Origin: Candidatus Woesearchaeota archaeon
GTDB taxonomy: Archaea; Nanobdellota; Nanobdellia; SCGC-AAA011-G17; ARS1403
Assembly: GCA_016188065.1 (NCBI GenBank)
Contig: JACPIN010000001.1
Location: forward strand, 17,661-81,660
DNA: 64,000 nucleotides
Reading direction: 5' to 3'
The notes under the pieces were generated by a model, which was not told where the DNA came from, made no database searches, and saw only the letters and a list, made by a program, of their open reading frames with translations. Numbering within the stretch: position 1 is the stretch's first letter; every line of letters begins with the position of its first letter. This document shows, piece by piece, positions 9,030 through 19,085 of the stretch. Both the position numbers and the translations under genes were made by a program.

Positions 9030-10752
9030 TCCTCCTCTCTTTTATTGCAGATATAAATAAGTTTATAGTTAAAAATATTGCTATCAAAAAGCCGGCAACA
9101 GCAAGCCATTTTCCATTCCTGATTTGAAGAACAAGCGCGCTTGCAACAATCAATGCAGCTATAATTACCCCCAAGCTTACCCTGCTGCTGCTTCTATCAA
9201 TCTCTCTTTCAAGCTGCACAAGATCCTTTCTCTCAAAATGCACTCCAAGCTCTCCTCTTTTTAATTTAAACAGGATCTCATTGATCTGCCTAGGGACTAG
9301 CTTCACATTATCGCGGAAATTAGAAACATCATCGACAAAGGATTTAATTATATGGCTCGGCCTTAATTTCTTAGAGGTTAGATCATCAACGTACTCATGC
9401 AATGTAGATCCTAAATTAAAATCTGGATTCAGCTGTTGCCCGACGCCTTCAATGGTTACTATCGCTTTCGCTAAAAGGATGAAATCAACAGGAAGAGAAA
9501 GATTATACTTTCTTGCAACAAAAACCATGTCATAAAACAAGTGGGGGAAATTAATCTGGTCAATGTCAGAATCCGCATATTCTTCGACGATCGTCTCTAG
9601 CTCATTGACTAAGTTTGGATCTTTCTCTTCAGCAACGCCTATTCCCATGAATTCATCGGCTACGCGGTTAATTTTCCGATGGACTAGAGCAATAAGTATT
9701 CTATCAAGCCTGTCTTTCAAATCCTCGCTCAGATTCCCGCATATCCCGTAATCAAGCAGTGCAATTTTATTTTCAGGAAGAGCAAAAATATTCGCGGGAT
9801 GGGGATCAGCATGAAAAAATCCGTCTTCAAAAACCTGTTTCAAAAAGCAGTCTGCCAGGTTCTTGGAAATAGTTTTCTCATCGCAGTTCCAATCCCTCAA
9901 GCCATCTTTATCATCAATAGGTATGCCATCAACATAACTCATCACCAGCACTTTCTTCGTCGTGAAATCCCAATGCACCTTAGGAATTTTAACTGTTTTG
10001 CTTCCTAAAAAATTCTTGTAGAACCTGTCAATGTTTCTGCCTTCTTTCAGGTAATCCAGCTCATTTAGTGTATACCTCTTGAACTCGTCTATGATGCTCT
10101 TCAAGTTATAATCTTTCAGCTCTTCAACATGATTCTGTAATAATTCAGCAAGATGATAAAGAAGGTCAATATCTGTATCCATCAGCTCTTTCATATTCGG
10201 CCTTTGTACTTTCACAACAACCCTGGTTCCATTCATCAATCTAGCTTTATGCACCTGCCCGATACTGGCGCTGGCAATAGGCTCTTTTTCAAAATTAGAA
10301 AAAATATCTCTTATGCTCTGCTTTAATTCTGTCTCGACTATGTCTCTTACTTTTTCATAAGGGAATCCAGTCACATTGTCCTGCAGTCTGCTAAACTCGT
10401 CACAATACTCTTTAGGGATTAAGTCTGGTCTTAAGCTAAGCAGCTGCCCCAATTTGATAAATGTCCCTCCAAGCTCGTCCATTGCAATTCGAATTTTAAC
10501 AGGCAGTTCAGAAGGCTTCTCAGGACTAGCAGTTTTTTGATGCCAATGCAAATGCTGCCCTAACTCAAGTTTATAGATATAATATCCCAGCCCAGATTTC
10601 AACAAAGCAGCTGCAATTTGTTTTAATCTCTGCACATCTCTATAAGCATGCTTAATGCCAATCATGTTCAAATCTATCATAAACAGGTATAAATAACTTT
10701 TGAAACAAAACCCTTGTGCGATATCTAAGATGAGTATTCTATTCTGACCCAA
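9019..10752 (-). CDS. UbiB/ABC1-family atypical protein kinase
   Basis: ELGGTFIKLGQLLSLRPDLIPKEYCDEFSRLQD and FHADPHPANI are ABC1/AarF kinase motifs. Two C-terminal TM helices. Confidence 0.8.
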   Translation of the reverse strand: MGQNRILILDIAQGFCFKSYLYLFMIDLNMIGIKHAYRDVQRLKQIAAALLKSGLGYYIYKLELGQHLHWHQKTASPEKPSELPVKIRIAMDELGGTFIKLGQLLSLRPDLIPKEYCDEFSRLQDNVTGFPYEKVRDIVETELKQSIRDIFSNFEKEPIASASIGQVHKARLMNGTRVVVKVQRPNMKELMDTDIDLLYHLAELLQNHVEELKDYNLKSIIDEFKRYTLNELDYLKEGRNIDRFYKNFLGSKTVKIPKVHWDFTTKKVLVMSYVDGIPIDDKDGLRDWNCDEKTISKNLADCFLKQVFEDGFFHADPHPANIFALPENKIALLDYGICGNLSEDLKDRLDRILIALVHRKINRVADEFMGIGVAEEKDPNLVNELETIVEEYADSDIDQINFPHLFYDMVFVARKYNLSLPVDFILLAKAIVTIEGVGQQLNPDFNLGSTLHEYVDDLTSKKLRPSHIIKSFVDDVSNFRDNVKLVPRQINEILFKLKRGELGVHFERKDLVQLEREIDRSSSRVSLGVIIAALIVASALVLQIRNGKWLAVAGFLIAIFLTINLFISAIKERRIVV

Positions 10753-10774
10753 GACAGGAAGATTATTAAAATAT

Positions 10775-11242
10775 ATGCAGTCTAGTAGGTTAATAATGAA
10801 TTTGAATAATGCTTTGAAGATATTAGAAAAGTATAGGATTAATAAAAATTTATTAAGTGGAGATATTCTTTACAGTAGTCAGTATGTATACGAGAATATC
10901 CGTAGAATGGGTGATCCACTTTCTGAAGAAGAACATATTGTCTTATTCGACACTTTTTGGAATTTAGGGATTAGGGATAGAAGAATCAATGTTACCATTA
11001 CACTCCCTGAACACCTGAAAATAAAGATTATAAGAAATAGGGATAAGCTTATGGATTTCCTGCCGGGTAGCAATGACATGGTGTACGCCAGGGTTGCTTA
11101 TTGTCTATATAACCCCACATGTATGCCATATGTTATAAAAAACTGTCAATTAAATGGTTCAGAGGAAGCTGAACTTTGGAATATTTTTCAGAGAATGAAG
11201 CTCCCAATCGCAGCAAGCTGCGGGGTATCCGTTAATGGTTGA
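10775..11242 (+). CDS. hypothetical protein whose 3' end runs into the IS200-like element
   Basis: 155 aa. The last residues (AASCGVSVNG) are encoded by the IS end hairpin. Confidence 0.3.
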   Translation: MQSSRLIMNLNNALKILEKYRINKNLLSGDILYSSQYVYENIRRMGDPLSEEEHIVLFDTFWNLGIRDRRINVTITLPEHLKIKIIRNRDKLMDFLPGSNDMVYARVAYCLYNPTCMPYVIKNCQLNGSEEAELWNIFQRMKLPIAASCGVSVNG

Positions 11243-11730
11243 ACTCATATAATGTCAACTGATTAACGTCCCTCCCTTGCTTTCTGACATACTCCTTTAC
11301 TTCATCAAGTCCTCTTCCATCTCCAACAGTATCGATATGGCCTCCGTCAGTCCAGAACTCACCACCCCATAATTCTTCTCTTATTTCTGGAAATTGCTTG
11401 AAGGTTTGAATTGCTATGATGCTTTTACAGATTTGCATAATTCTCGATGGAGAATATCTTGGAGCACCCTCTATGACAAGATGAACGTGATCAGATTCAT
11501 ATCCCAAAGCATCAAAGTAAAGATAGTATCTCTCTTGTATTCCTTTGCAAATAGTTTTCATAAAAGAAAACATTTCAGGAGTGATCAAATCTTTCCTGTA
11601 CTTGATTACAAAAACCATATGATAACGAATCCTATAGCTGCAATGTGATGCTTTTCTTACTCTCATGAAAAGCATAGATTGGAATTACCTTATTAGCATT
11701 ACGCAGCAAGCTGCGGGGTAATCCCCAAGT
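11200..11730 (-). mobile_element. IS200/IS605-family insertion sequence (TnpA only)
   Basis: A Y1 (HUH) transposase ORF is bracketed by the identical hairpin motif CGCAGCAAGCTGCGGGG at 11209-11225 and 11702-11718. Confidence 0.75.
11232..11675 (-). CDS. tnpA: IS200-type transposase TnpA (HUH/Y1)
   Basis: 147 aa. HUH motif DHVHLVIE and the catalytic-Tyr region ...VKEYVRKQ. The size is typical of IS200 TnpA. Confidence 0.8.
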   Translation of the reverse strand: MLFMRVRKASHCSYRIRYHMVFVIKYRKDLITPEMFSFMKTICKGIQERYYLYFDALGYESDHVHLVIEGAPRYSPSRIMQICKSIIAIQTFKQFPEIREELWGGEFWTDGGHIDTVGDGRGLDEVKEYVRKQGRDVNQLTLYEFNH

Positions 11731-11772
11731 AGGAATATATTTTATATAAAGCCCGCCCACATCTCTTCGATA

Positions 11773-12381
11773 ATGGTAAGATTAGATCTCAGGCATATCA
11801 ACAGAGAAATGCAGTTGTTTGACCAGAGAAGAGATGAAATGCTTCAAAAATGCCATGAGGCAATTAGGTTTTCTAAGCGCGTTATTTACGCAGTTCATAG
11901 AGATGATAAAAAAGTAGATGAATTGGCAAAAGAGCTAAAAGAAAAGATACAGAAGCTAAGAACAAGAGGCGAGCTCCAATTCTCTCCGACCTACAAGGTG
12001 GCAATGCAGGAATATGTTGAAGCCATCTGTTTATACGAATTTATCTATAAGAATAAAGTGCCGACACAGGGAGAATTGTACGTATCCGCTCCGGATTATC
12101 TCTCAGGATTATGCGATTTGACAGGAGAGTTAATGAGAAAAGCCAATTATTTTGCAATTAACGGAAATATAAATGAAGCAATAAGAGTAAAAGAGCTGGT
12201 GGATAAGATATATGAGCAGTTCTTGCATCTGGATATAAGGGATAACGAGCTGAGGAAAAAATTCGACTCAGTAAAATACAACCTTCAAAAGTTGGAAGAC
12301 CTTCTTTTGCATATGGAAAGAAGAAAAAGGGCTACAACCAGAGCGCATCATTCATCAGCAACAGTACATCATCAGCAATAG
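11773..12381 (+). CDS. translin-family protein
   Basis: PDYLSGLCDLTGELMRKA matches the translin signature DYLLGLADLTGELMR. About 200 aa, as in archaeal translins. Confidence 0.55.
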   Translation: MVRLDLRHINREMQLFDQRRDEMLQKCHEAIRFSKRVIYAVHRDDKKVDELAKELKEKIQKLRTRGELQFSPTYKVAMQEYVEAICLYEFIYKNKVPTQGELYVSAPDYLSGLCDLTGELMRKANYFAINGNINEAIRVKELVDKIYEQFLHLDIRDNELRKKFDSVKYNLQKLEDLLLHMERRKRATTRAHHSSATVHHQQ

Positions 12382-13398
12382 TCAAACATCATATCTTATT
12401 ATCTTATTTTTCTCAACATCCACAAGTTTCTTCATAAAGAATAGATTATGCATGCTCATTAATCTTTTTGCAAGCGGCTCTTTAATTTTTATAAGATGGT
12501 GCAAGTAAGCCCTAGAAAAATTTTTGCAGGTTTCACATTTGCATTTATTATCAATTTTGCTAAAATCATTTCTAAAGATTTTCTTATCGAGCTCCAAATT
12601 TCTCTCATGAGTAAAAACTAATCCATGCCTTCCAACTCTAGTAGGATAAGCAGAGTCAAAAATATCAACTCCCAATTTCGCAGCCCTTTTAACATCTTCA
12701 GGGCTTCCAATTCCCATCAAATATATTGGCTTATTTTTCGGCAGTAATTTGATTACGTTCTCGACAGCACCAAACATCTTATCCCTGCCCTCGCCAATTC
12801 CAAGCCCTCCAATAGCAAATCCGTCAAAATCTAAATTAATAATTAACTCGGCACTTCTCTCCCTTAAGTCCTCAAAAGTTCCGCCTTGAATAATTCCAAA
12901 TAATTTTCCATCCCCTGTATAGCTTTCTTTGCATCTTTTAGCCCACTGATAAGTAAGCTCGACACTTCTCTCAATATCTTTTTTCTTATCTCCATATCTA
13001 GGCATATAATCCAAGCACATCACAGCATCGCTTCCTAATGCAGCTTGAATCTCCATGCTTTTTTCAGGCGTTATCAAATGTATTTTTTTATCATAAGGGC
13101 TCCTCAGTTTTAATCCCTTCTCGCTAATTTCATAAAGAAAAACATCAGAAATCATCTGAAATCCGCCGGAGTCAGAAAAGAAGTTCAAATCGGTGTTCGT
13201 AAATTTTCTCATGCCGCCAGATTTCTTAATCAGCTCAAGTCCAGGATCTAAATACAAAAGAAATGAATTGCAGATCACCGTAGAAAATCCAATATCCTCA
13301 ATCTCCTGCAGGCTAATCAGTTTCGCACTTAGTTTTGTAGCAACAGGCATAAATAAAGGCAGTCCAGCTTGTTTATTGTTTAATATTAGCCTTTTCAT
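12382..13398 (-). CDS. tgtA: tRNA-guanine transglycosylase (archaeosine type, no PUA domain)
   Basis: LFMPVATK, SDSGGFQ, and the C-terminal Zn site CKCETCKNF...H. The ORF track extends to 13506, but that N-terminal 36 aa is hydrophobic junk overlapping another gene. Confidence 0.8.
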   Translation of the reverse strand: MKRLILNNKQAGLPLFMPVATKLSAKLISLQEIEDIGFSTVICNSFLLYLDPGLELIKKSGGMRKFTNTDLNFFSDSGGFQMISDVFLYEISEKGLKLRSPYDKKIHLITPEKSMEIQAALGSDAVMCLDYMPRYGDKKKDIERSVELTYQWAKRCKESYTGDGKLFGIIQGGTFEDLRERSAELIINLDFDGFAIGGLGIGEGRDKMFGAVENVIKLLPKNKPIYLMGIGSPEDVKRAAKLGVDIFDSAYPTRVGRHGLVFTHERNLELDKKIFRNDFSKIDNKCKCETCKNFSRAYLHHLIKIKEPLAKRLMSMHNLFFMKKLVDVEKNKIIRYDV

Positions 13399-13456
13399 TA
13401 AGAAAAAAGAAAGAAAAAGAGGTTTTAAAGTTATTTGGAAAATAGCTAAATAAAAG

Positions 13457-13776
13457 CTAAGAAGGAATAATTTTAATCCCCTCTTTATCCTTGGCAATAA
13501 ATCCACGGGCTCCAGGTATTATGTTGTAATCCTCGACAACATCGCTAGGAATCCTTACAGCAATGCTATCCCCCATTTTGCAAAAGTTATTTCTTTAGCG
13601 CCACTCATCTTTCTATATCTGCCTGCTAATACTCTAAGCTGTTTCATATCCATAATCTCCTCGCTACAAGTTCTGCATTTAAACGCCTCAAATTCCACTC
13701 CGCCTTGCTTGATAGCATCCTTAATTTTTTCCATTTCCCCTTTGTTACATATCGGACACCCCATCTTAATTTTCAA
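13457..13776 (-). pseudogene. Zn-ribbon + AbrB/MazE-like DNA-binding protein, split by a 1-nt frameshift in a G5 run
   Basis: 13555-13776 encodes CPICN...CRTCSE...ITFAKWG and then stops. Frame +1 (13457-13576) continues ...GDSIAVRIPSDVVEDYNIIPG, which is the AbrB/MazE KWGxSxAVRIP motif. The junction is a GGGGG run at 13570-13574. Confidence 0.5.
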
Positions 13777-14161
13777 GAAATTTCTCTGGTTTAACTATTT
13801 TTACATCCTTATATTCCTTGATTTTCAGCAGATGTTTATCATAAGTCAAAATATATTCCGACTTAGATTCCAAAGCACATTCAATTATGTTATTGTCATC
13901 AAGATCTTCTTTAACTGCTTCGATTTTTATTTTTGGAATTATTAATTTAGAAAAAGATAAAACCAGCTCAACAAACTCCTCAATTTTTTCATCTTGATAT
14001 TTAAAATCCCTTTGAAGAACTTTAGAAAACTCTTCAAGAATAAAATCAGTAACAAAAATCTCTGCATTCTTCTTTATTAATTCATTTAATAACTTATGAC
14101 TAACGCTGTAATCCCATTGTGTAGCAGAAATAAGAAAGTTGGTATCAACGGTAATCTTCAT
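13766..14161 (-). CDS. vapC: PIN-domain (VapC-like) toxin
   Basis: 131 aa. MKITVDTNFLISA...FVTDFILEEF...ILTYD shows PIN acidic-residue spacing. Confidence 0.65.
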   Translation of the reverse strand: MKITVDTNFLISATQWDYSVSHKLLNELIKKNAEIFVTDFILEEFSKVLQRDFKYQDEKIEEFVELVLSFSKLIIPKIKIEAVKEDLDDNNIIECALESKSEYILTYDKHLLKIKEYKDVKIVKPEKFLEN

Positions 14162-14439
14162 TTAACTCCTCTATCCTTATGTATCAAGTCCTGAACATCA
14201 GTTTCTTTTATGCCAGACTTCTCAGCATTTTTCCTGCCATCCTTGGCCATAGTATCTAATCTCTTCAAGATTTCTTCCTTAGAAGGAGCCTGTATCTTTT
14301 TCAAGATAATCGTATCCTTGTTTCCGACAACAGCAAATATGCTTCCCTCACTAGAATGGGTAGTCTTCCTTATGTTCTGAGGAATTACTATCTGACCTTT
14401 TGAACTCATTTTAACAGTATCAATCATTTTAACCTCCAA
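14158..14439 (-). CDS. vapB: AbrB/SpoVT-family antitoxin (VapB-like)
   Basis: SSKGQIVIPQNIRK is a swapped-hairpin AbrB motif. It overlaps the vapC start by 4 nt. Confidence 0.65.
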   Translation of the reverse strand: MEVKMIDTVKMSSKGQIVIPQNIRKTTHSSEGSIFAVVGNKDTIILKKIQAPSKEEILKRLDTMAKDGRKNAEKSGIKETDVQDLIHKDRGVK

Positions 14440-14554
14440 ATCTTACTTTCTTACAATAAGAATTTCTTACTTATAAATGTTTCGCTCTTAATCAACGATG
14501 AGAAAACATTTAAAAGACATGCTATCTATCAATTTCATAATGTTAAAAACATCA

Positions 14555-16309
14555 ATGAGAACGCATACTTGCGAGCAGTTAAGAAAAGGAGATGTAAACA
14601 AAGAGGTGACATTATGCGGATGGGTAAATAGCCGACGCGACCACGGTGGGATAATTTTCATAGATTTAAGGGATAGATATGGATTTACACAAATAGTATT
14701 CGATCCGGATTTTAACAAAGAAACGCACAAACTAGCTGATTCTTTAAAGCGTGAGTTTTGTATACAAGTTTCAGGAAAGGTAAAAGAAAGAAAGAAGGGA
14801 ATGGAAAATAAAAACCTGCCCACTGGAGATACAGAAGTTTTCGTCTCAAAATTAAACATTCTTGCAAAAGCAAAAACCCCGCCTTTTGAGATAGATGATC
14901 GAATCATTCCATCAGAAGAATTGAGGTTGAAATATCGTTATCTAGATTTGCGCAGGCCAATAATGCAGCATAATCTATTATTTAGGCAGAAAGTTACACA
15001 AGCAGCCCGCGAGTTCATGGAGCAGGAGCATTTCTTGGAAATTCAAACCCCAATGTTCGTAAAGCCGACACCGGAAGGGGCAAGGGATTATTTAGTGCCT
15101 TCACGTGTCAACCCTGGAAAATTCTACGCCCTTCCTCAGTCCCCTCAATTATACAAGCAGATATTAATGATAGCAGGAATAGACCGCTATTTTCAGCTGC
15201 CTGCAATCTGCATGAGAGATGAAGATTTAAGGAGTGACCGGCAGCCAGAGCACTCTCAGCTGGATTTAGAAATGTGTTTTGTAGACGAGCAGGACATAAT
15301 GAATTTGGTAGAAAGATTAATGAAGCACATTGTGAAAAAAAACTTAGGAAAAGAAATCAAGGAAGAGTTTAAAGTTCTAGATTACGAAGAGTCCATGGAA
15401 AGATTCGGCACAGAGAAGCCAGATCTGAGATATGGTTTAGAACTAGCCACCATAACAGATATCGTAAAGAAAGCAGACTTTGAAGTTTTCAAGAAAGCCG
15501 AAGTCGTAAAATCATTAGTAGTGGAAAAGGCGCTAGGAAGAAAAGAGATAGACTCATTAATAGATTTTTCGCAAAAAGAATTAGGCGCTAAAGGCCTGGC
15601 ATATATGAAATACGACGGAAAAATCCTGGAATCCTCAATAGTGAAGTATTTCCCTGAAAAAGTGCAAAAAGAATTATTAAGCGTATTAAAGCCAAAAAAT
15701 GATTCAACAATTTTCTTTATAGCCGACAAGAAGAAGAAAGCAAATGAAATTCTCTCAGGGTTAAGAAGAGAATTAGCAAAGAGATTAGATCTTATAAACA
15801 AAGACGAATTAAAATTCTGCTGGATTGCTCGCTTTCCGTTATTTGAATGGAATGAAGAGGAAAATAAATGGGAGGCAATGCATCACATTTTCTCTCGCCC
15901 GACAAAAGACACAGAAAAATTCATAGAAAAAGATCCTTCAAAAGTCTATGGTAATCTATTCGATTTGGTCTTGAACGGAACTGAATTAGCATCAGGCTCA
16001 ATAAGGATCTCTAATCCTGACCTGCAGGAAAAAATGCTGAAGATAGTTGGGATAAAAAAAGAAGAAGCAATGGAAAAGTTTGGATTTTTATTAGATGCAT
16101 ATCACTATGGAAGTGGAGACCATGGGGGGATGGGAATTGGTTTTGATAGAGTTGTAGCAATGCTTCTAGGCATAACAGACATAAGAGAAGTAATTGCATT
16201 CCCGAAAAACAAAGCTGCGCAGAATCCAATGGACGGCTCTCCGTCAGAGGCAACACCTCAACAGCTTTCAGATTTACATATAAAAATAGATATAGCAAAA
16301 AAGAGGTAA
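14555..16309 (+). CDS. aspS: aspartyl-tRNA synthetase, bacterial type (likely non-discriminating)
   Basis: MRTHTCEQLRKGDVNKEVTLCGWVNSRRDHGGIIFIDLRDRYG is a bacterial AspRS N-terminus. About 585 aa with a GAD insertion, and followed directly by gatC. The ORF track starts at an upstream in-frame M (14498). Confidence 0.9.
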   Translation: MRTHTCEQLRKGDVNKEVTLCGWVNSRRDHGGIIFIDLRDRYGFTQIVFDPDFNKETHKLADSLKREFCIQVSGKVKERKKGMENKNLPTGDTEVFVSKLNILAKAKTPPFEIDDRIIPSEELRLKYRYLDLRRPIMQHNLLFRQKVTQAAREFMEQEHFLEIQTPMFVKPTPEGARDYLVPSRVNPGKFYALPQSPQLYKQILMIAGIDRYFQLPAICMRDEDLRSDRQPEHSQLDLEMCFVDEQDIMNLVERLMKHIVKKNLGKEIKEEFKVLDYEESMERFGTEKPDLRYGLELATITDIVKKADFEVFKKAEVVKSLVVEKALGRKEIDSLIDFSQKELGAKGLAYMKYDGKILESSIVKYFPEKVQKELLSVLKPKNDSTIFFIADKKKKANEILSGLRRELAKRLDLINKDELKFCWIARFPLFEWNEEENKWEAMHHIFSRPTKDTEKFIEKDPSKVYGNLFDLVLNGTELASGSIRISNPDLQEKMLKIVGIKKEEAMEKFGFLLDAYHYGSGDHGGMGIGFDRVVAMLLGITDIREVIAFPKNKAAQNPMDGSPSEATPQQLSDLHIKIDIAKKR

Positions 16310-16316
16310 AAAATCA

Positions 16317-16601
16317 ATGCAGATAGACCGGCAATTAATAGAAAAAGTAGCAAAAAATGCAAGATTGAAGTTGACAGAGCAGGAAATAAAAGAATTTCTT
16401 CCAGAACTAAAAGATATCATAGCTTATTTCTCTGAAATAGAAAAAGCACCAACAAGCAATTTGCTTCCGTCATTCCATCCGATAGAAATCAAAAATATAA
16501 CTAGAGAAGATATTCCAAAAGAAGGTTTAAAGCAGGAAGAAGCATTACAAAATACAAAGCATAAGCAAGATGGTTACTTCAAAGGCCCAAAAACAATATG
16601 A
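16317..16601 (+). CDS. gatC: Asp/Glu-tRNA amidotransferase subunit C
   Basis: 94 aa. LTEQEIKEFLPELKDIIAYFSEI is a GatC pattern. Located between aspS and gatA. Confidence 0.8.
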   Translation: MQIDRQLIEKVAKNARLKLTEQEIKEFLPELKDIIAYFSEIEKAPTSNLLPSFHPIEIKNITREDIPKEGLKQEEALQNTKHKQDGYFKGPKTI

Positions 16602-16951
16602 AAGAAAAACAAAAGTTTATCCTAGTATTTTTATTGACTATCTTAATAACAAGGATGATTATCTTTTTTATCCCTAGAACAAATTTTATATACACAGATC
16701 AATTTCATCATTCATTTATAGGTATAATTCTGTTAATCATTTATATTTTCATAAGAAATCAGCATCTATTAGCCATTTTATTAGGATTAATAGTAGACCA
16801 GATAACCTCTGCTCCATTTTATATTACAAGTTTATTTAATTATAATTTCGTAGAAAAATCATTCTGGAGTTATTGGTCAAACTATTCAGTTATCTCAACA
16901 GTGTTCGCAATAATAGTCTCAATCTACTTGATTAAAAAGTTACACAGGTGA
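16598..16951 (+). CDS. hypothetical membrane protein
   Basis: 117 aa, 3-4 TM helices. It overlaps gatC by ATGA. Confidence 0.3.
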   Translation: MKEKQKFILVFLLTILITRMIIFFIPRTNFIYTDQFHHSFIGIILLIIYIFIRNQHLLAILLGLIVDQITSAPFYITSLFNYNFVEKSFWSYWSNYSVISTVFAIIVSIYLIKKLHR

Positions 16952-16954
16952 TAT

Positions 16955-17752
16955 ATGTATCTATCAAAAAAGAAAAAAATTTCCTACAATTATATAAACA
17001 AAGATTCAAAAAAGCCAGTATTAGTTTTCTTGCATGGGCTTGGAGCAAATTCAACAACGTGGAAAGGGGTTATAAGCAACCTGAAAAATAAAAACTTGCC
17101 AATACTATATCAGGATTTAAGAGGTCATGGTAAAAGCGAAATCTTTAGTAATTATGAACTTGAAGAATTTGCAAAGGATTTAAATGAAATTTTAAAAAAA
17201 GAAAAAATAAAAAAAATTATTTTGATAGGTCACAGCTTAGGGGGTATGATCTCACTAGTTTTTTATAAATTATTTAAAAATAAAGTAAGAAAAATAATTT
17301 TAATAGATACAACCTATAAAAATCCCGTACCTGTATGGTATCGTTATTTTTTTTATGTGATTGACAAGTCAATGACGAAAATAATCAACAAAATACATCT
17401 TCTAAAAAAGTCCCTAAATAAATACAGAGATTTTTATCAATTAAAAAACCAGCCAAATTTTTCAATTGTGCTAAAAACGATGTTTTACAGAAGAGATAAA
17501 GTCCAATTAAAGTGTATAAAAAACTTAACAAATTTTGATGCCACAAATATAATCAAATCCATTGAGATTCCAACATTAATCATAGGAAGCAAATATGATG
17601 AATTATTCCCTCCAAAAATACAAAAAGAAATGCATAAATACATAAAAGCAAGCAAATTAGAAATAATGAAAGGGACCCATGCAATTATTATAAAAAATCC
17701 AGATATAATTTCAAGAGAAATTTCGAGCTTCATAAAAGATGAAAATCAATGA
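16955..17752 (+). CDS. alpha/beta-hydrolase
   Basis: VLVFLHGLGAN, GHSLGG (GxSxG), and a C-terminal H region. Confidence 0.7.
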   Translation: MYLSKKKKISYNYINKDSKKPVLVFLHGLGANSTTWKGVISNLKNKNLPILYQDLRGHGKSEIFSNYELEEFAKDLNEILKKEKIKKIILIGHSLGGMISLVFYKLFKNKVRKIILIDTTYKNPVPVWYRYFFYVIDKSMTKIINKIHLLKKSLNKYRDFYQLKNQPNFSIVLKTMFYRRDKVQLKCIKNLTNFDATNIIKSIEIPTLIIGSKYDELFPPKIQKEMHKYIKASKLEIMKGTHAIIIKNPDIISREISSFIKDENQ

Positions 17753-19085
17753 ATATCTAGAAAAAGTAAAATCAAAAGAAATCTCCGTAGTTAAGACAGT
17801 AGAAAAAATTCTTCAGGAAGCAAAAAACTCGCCAAACCATTTTACAGCAATCTCAAGATCATATGCATTAGAGCAGGCAGAAAAAATAGAAAAAAATCCA
17901 GAAGGAAGATTAGCAGGCCTTCCAATTTCAGTTAAAGACGGTGTTTGTGTAAAAAATATAGAATCATCAGCAGGCTCGGAAATATTGAAAAACTACAGGC
18001 CTCCGTTTTCAGCTACTGTAATCAACAAATTAGAAAAAGAAGGGGCAATCATCATAGGAAAAACATCCCAGGATGAATTTGGTTTTGGAGGATTCTCAGT
18101 GAACACAAAAAAGATTCCAAAAAACCCTCATGATTTAGCAAGATCCTGTGGAGGAAGCTCAGGTGGAGCAGCAGGTTTTACATCATTCGCAACGCAGCCG
18201 CATATCGCATTGGGAGAATCTACAGGGGGAAGCATAGCAAATCCAGCATCTTTCTGCGGAGTGGCAGGATTAACTCCAACTTATGGCTTAGTTTCAAGAT
18301 ATGGTTTAATTGATTACGCTAATTCTCTAGATAAGATAGGGACTATTGCAAAAACCGTATCAGATGCTTTCCTAGGTTTATATCATATAGCAGGCTACGA
18401 CGAAAAAGATTCAACTTCATTGCCTCAAAAAATGCTTCAAGAAAAAAAAGTAAAAAAAATAGCAGTCATAAAAGAATCATTAAATGTAGATAAAGAAATA
18501 AAAGATATTATTTTAAGTAAATTAAAAAACTATGATACGATCTCGCTTCCATCGATAAAAAAGTATTCTCTTCCAGCATATTATCTAATAGCCTTGTCAG
18601 AAGCATCAACAAATCTGGCAAAGTATTGTGGCTTAAGATATGGTCAGACTCTTCCATTACAAGGAGGTTATAATGAATTTTTCACAGAAGTCAGAAGCAA
18701 GTATTTCTCAAAAGAGGCAAAGCGCAGAATTATCCTAGGAACTTTCGCAAGAATGTCGGGTTTCAGGGATGCCTATTATCTTAAAGCTTTAAAGGCAAGA
18801 ACACTAATAATTAAGGAATACAAGAAAGCATTCAAGAAATATGATATTCTAGTTTCCCCAACTATGCCAGTCACAGCTCCAAAGTTTTCAGAAATAGAAA
18901 AATTATCTCCATTAGAAAATTATATGATGGATATTTTAACAGTGGGTCCAAATCTAGCAGGTCTTCCCCACTTATCTCTAAATGCGGGCTTCAAAAACAA
19001 GCTTCCAGTTGGAATCATGCTAACAGCAAACCATTTAGAAGAGGAAAAATTAAGGGCTTTAGGTGAGGAAGTTGAGAATGACTGA
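17739..19085 (+). CDS. gatA: Asp/Glu-tRNA amidotransferase subunit A (amidase)
   Basis: Amidase signature GGSSGGAAG, a Ser-cisSer-Lys region, 448 aa. Confidence 0.9.
   Translation: MKINEYLEKVKSKEISVVKTVEKILQEAKNSPNHFTAISRSYALEQAEKIEKNPEGRLAGLPISVKDGVCVKNIESSAGSEILKNYRPPFSATVINKLEKEGAIIIGKTSQDEFGFGGFSVNTKKIPKNPHDLARSCGGSSGGAAGFTSFATQPHIALGESTGGSIANPASFCGVAGLTPTYGLVSRYGLIDYANSLDKIGTIAKTVSDAFLGLYHIAGYDEKDSTSLPQKMLQEKKVKKIAVIKESLNVDKEIKDIILSKLKNYDTISLPSIKKYSLPAYYLIALSEASTNLAKYCGLRYGQTLPLQGGYNEFFTEVRSKYFSKEAKRRIILGTFARMSGFRDAYYLKALKARTLIIKEYKKAFKKYDILVSPTMPVTAPKFSEIEKLSPLENYMMDILTVGPNLAGLPHLSLNAGFKNKLPVGIMLTANHLEEEKLRALGEEVEND

Noticed and set aside
13399-13506. The first 36 residues of the tgt ORF (MDLLPRIKRGLKLFLLSFYLAIFQITLKPLFLSFFL)
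   Set aside because: They are hydrophobic and unlike any TGT N-terminus, and they overlap the AbrB-like ORF in another frame. The gene more likely starts at M37 (13398), although the resulting N-terminus is short.
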